Below are positions 61,375 to 64,000 of a stretch of 64,000 nt of DNA, in pieces. Position numbers and translations under genes: made by a program. The notes beneath the pieces were generated by a model. That model made no database searches. It had not been told where the DNA came from and saw only the letters and a program-made list of their open reading frames with translations. Source of the stretch: Podarcis liolepis. Its lineage: Eukaryota. The first letter of the stretch is position 1; every line of letters starts with the position of its first letter. The stretch lies in the NCBI GenBank assembly GCA_965112155.1, contig OZ218102.1; one strand, given 5' to 3'.

Positions 61375-64000
61375 GTATGCATGCATTCTTGTCTTTAAAA
61401 TTTATCATTCTAAGCAGAGTCATTCAAGAAAACATTTTATCATTCTAGACATGCTTGGGGCTGCTACAGTGGAATAACTGAGATTGTCGGTTCCCACTTA
61501 TTGCTGCAATCCAGCATTATGGATGTGCAACAGTGTGCAAAGGTTTTGTGCTGGCTGAAAAGTATTGTCCACGTTCCAGAGGAGCAACCATGTTAATCTG
61601 TTGCAGCACAAGCAACAAAGTCTTTTAGCATCTTAATTTGTTACTGTTAAAGTGCCACTAGAGTGTTTTAAACATAATCCAAGAGCTGTTAATGACTCTC
61701 CTCCTTCACCACACTCCTACACCAAACATACCTCTGGTGATAGAGCTTCACAGCACAGAGAATATATGCACAGAAACATGCTTCCACACATGTATGGCTA
61801 TATCCAAGCCATGGGTGTTTGTTTGTTTGTTTGATTAATTCATTCCTCAAAGGAAAGTAGCTTTCAGTCTATTCAGCGGAGCAGTCCCTCAGCTTTATGA
61901 TCCCGATGAGTGCCTTGTTTGACCTGGACAAGTCCACTTTTATACAACTTTGGTACCATTCTACTATCCTTATTTAACCCCTAAAGTTATTTTTGTGTGT
62001 GCTAGGAGCATCTGATTTTGGAGGAAGGTTTTTTTTTTAAAGTAAGATTTGTCCAAGAAGTAGAATGTAGGACTGTTGTATTTGTCAGAAACTGGTATGA
62101 TAGCAGGAATTAGTATTGTAGTATTGTAGAGCCATAATACACATGCATTTTGTGTCCTACCATATTCTGTGGAAGAATCACTTCTTGAGCCTTTGCAGCA
62201 CTTCAAGCTGCATCCTAAAAAAGCAAAAGTGGGAATTGTAGTCCAAAAACAACTGGAGACCCAAGTTTGGGAAACCCTGCTCTAGCCTCCCACCATTGTT
62301 TTATCCCCTGCTGTCTCCGTGTGTTAGGGAATATCAATGAGGCCAGTGGATCCAGCTCCATGTACAGTCATATGGAGGGAAATAAATGAACAGGGCTTCA
62401 TTCTCCTCTCCCTTCAAATGTCCAGAACAATTTTAGAACTGCACTTTAATGCTTTTGATTTTAAAAACATTCTTTAGCACACAAAATAATTCATCTTTGT
62501 TTTGGTCTGTCTCAGCTTGGGAGCTTTGAGACCAGTTAATATGCAACAAGTAATAAAATAAATATATTTAGCATTCTGTGAACCCATAATCACCATTGCG
62601 GTTCTGCATAAACTACGCTTCAGGTCTTGCCTCCTTCCCACCAGACCTCTGGGCCAGATAATACTGTTGCATCTCTGCATTGGCTGTGCTTGAATCATTA
62701 AATCATTTCCAGTGCAGTACAACTGATCACCCGCAGAGGTCTCCCTTTGTATCTAGTGATGATGAATTACTCAATTTGAAATTGGGATTTGCTAATATTG
62801 CTGATAATATTCACCCCATCAGATAATAGCTCTCACATACCCCAATTTGGAAACTCTGTTGCACTCTTGATTCAATGTCACTGGGATCTCAAGAGGGCCC
62901 AAGCACACCTTTCTAATCACCATCCCTAGAGTATAAACTTACTTGTAATGTTAGCAACAACCAGGGTGCCTTTCTACAAAACCTCCGTTTTCTGTCGTGT
63001 CTGGAATGTGGTGTGTAGTTTTCCCAAAGCAGCTGAACGTTCAGACAGAAAATATATGTTCCAGAGCTTCTTATGAGCTAAATATGCTCATAAGCCTGAT
63101 AATTTCTCAGTGTAATGCTGCTCAATTCATAAGGAAGGCTGAGCATTATGAGCTGGGGATATTTGTATAGACCAGTTAAAAACTTACTTTGGTGAAATTG
63201 CTTGGTTCTGAAGTCAAATTTCCTGTTAAAGTTGAAGCATACTTAACATTTTACAGCACTGAAAATGAAATTTAAGATAAAACCAAGTAAGTTAGGTTTT
63301 TACACTTAATATAATTGCTAGCTAATTTCATGGTCCCATTTTGATTTTTGAGGAAGCATGTGAACTGCAGTACTGCTTAGTTTTGTAAGAGAGTTTATAG
63401 ATAGAAACTTGGGTGGTTATGTATCTTGAAATGATAATTCCTATATTAAGTAAAATGCAGTCATCCCCCCAAACTTCTTTATCTTCTGATGGGTTTTGTA
63501 TTGAAAAGGTTTTAAAAATGAGGTCTCAGCCTTTTCTGATTATGTTGTTTCTGCTTGTGATGGGTCTCTACAATAATAGCCTTGAGATAAGATGTATATG
63601 AAAATGCAACATTGTCCAGTGAGTTTTAACATATATTGAGGCCGCATACATTTCTGGGAGCAAGCCCAGTGAAACTTAACTTCTGAATAAATAGTGTTGG
63701 TTTGCATGTCAGAAATCATCATGCAAAGGGTCACTTGTTTCACATTATTAAAAGAACATTCTGATTTTTCTTCAAAAAGAGATGCATGGTTTTAATTAAA
63801 TGTTTTGTTCTTTGAATCATTCTGCCCCATAATTATTATTTTGCTTTAACATGCTGAATATTGTTGTACTTTTTATTTTACTTATGATAGAATTCTTCAG
63901 TAAGAAATGTTGCTTTGTGAACAATTTACTTGGGCGATGTTGATGATTTCATATTTTTAACTGCTATATGTATATATCCATAATAGATATTAGACCATAC

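Noticed and set aside
61375-64000. IDE exon 15a/15b (mutually exclusive exons)
   Set aside because: No DPLHCN-coding segment found in the window; they presumably lie downstream

Overview
Eukaryotic (vertebrate) DNA. A Sauria-SINE tail and the repeat content point to a squamate, probably a lacertid lizard. The window holds two divergently transcribed genes of the conserved IDE-KIF11-HHEX synteny block. (1) A complete 22-exon KIF11 (kinesin-5/Eg5) on the minus strand: ATG at 23977, stop at 3364-3362; the exons sum to 3156 nt = 1051 aa with all GT-AG junctions in phase. (2) Exons 1-14 of IDE (insulin-degrading enzyme, M16A metalloprotease) on the plus strand, from ATG 33117 and running off the window end. 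Each gene has its own CpG-island promoter, about 9 kb apart. Between them lies an internally deleted Gypsy-type LTR retrotransposon with an LTR, a tRNA-Leu-like PBS and a frameshifted gag. The introns carry many hAT, Tc1/mariner and PIF-like MITEs (several with perfect TSDs), CR1/L2/L1 LINE fragments, SINEs, microsatellites and a 149-nt assembly gap. I found no convincing new biological system. The best leads are a possible splice-level switch between mitochondrial and cytosolic IDE, the deleted retroelement pointing at KIF11, very young CpG-rich hAT insertions next to IDE exons, a GN-to-GS change in IDE, candidate divergent non-coding transcripts, and a GATA/SOX/ONECUT motif cluster on the HHEX side. 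Exon coordinates were counted by hand, and comparisons to human proteins are from memory.
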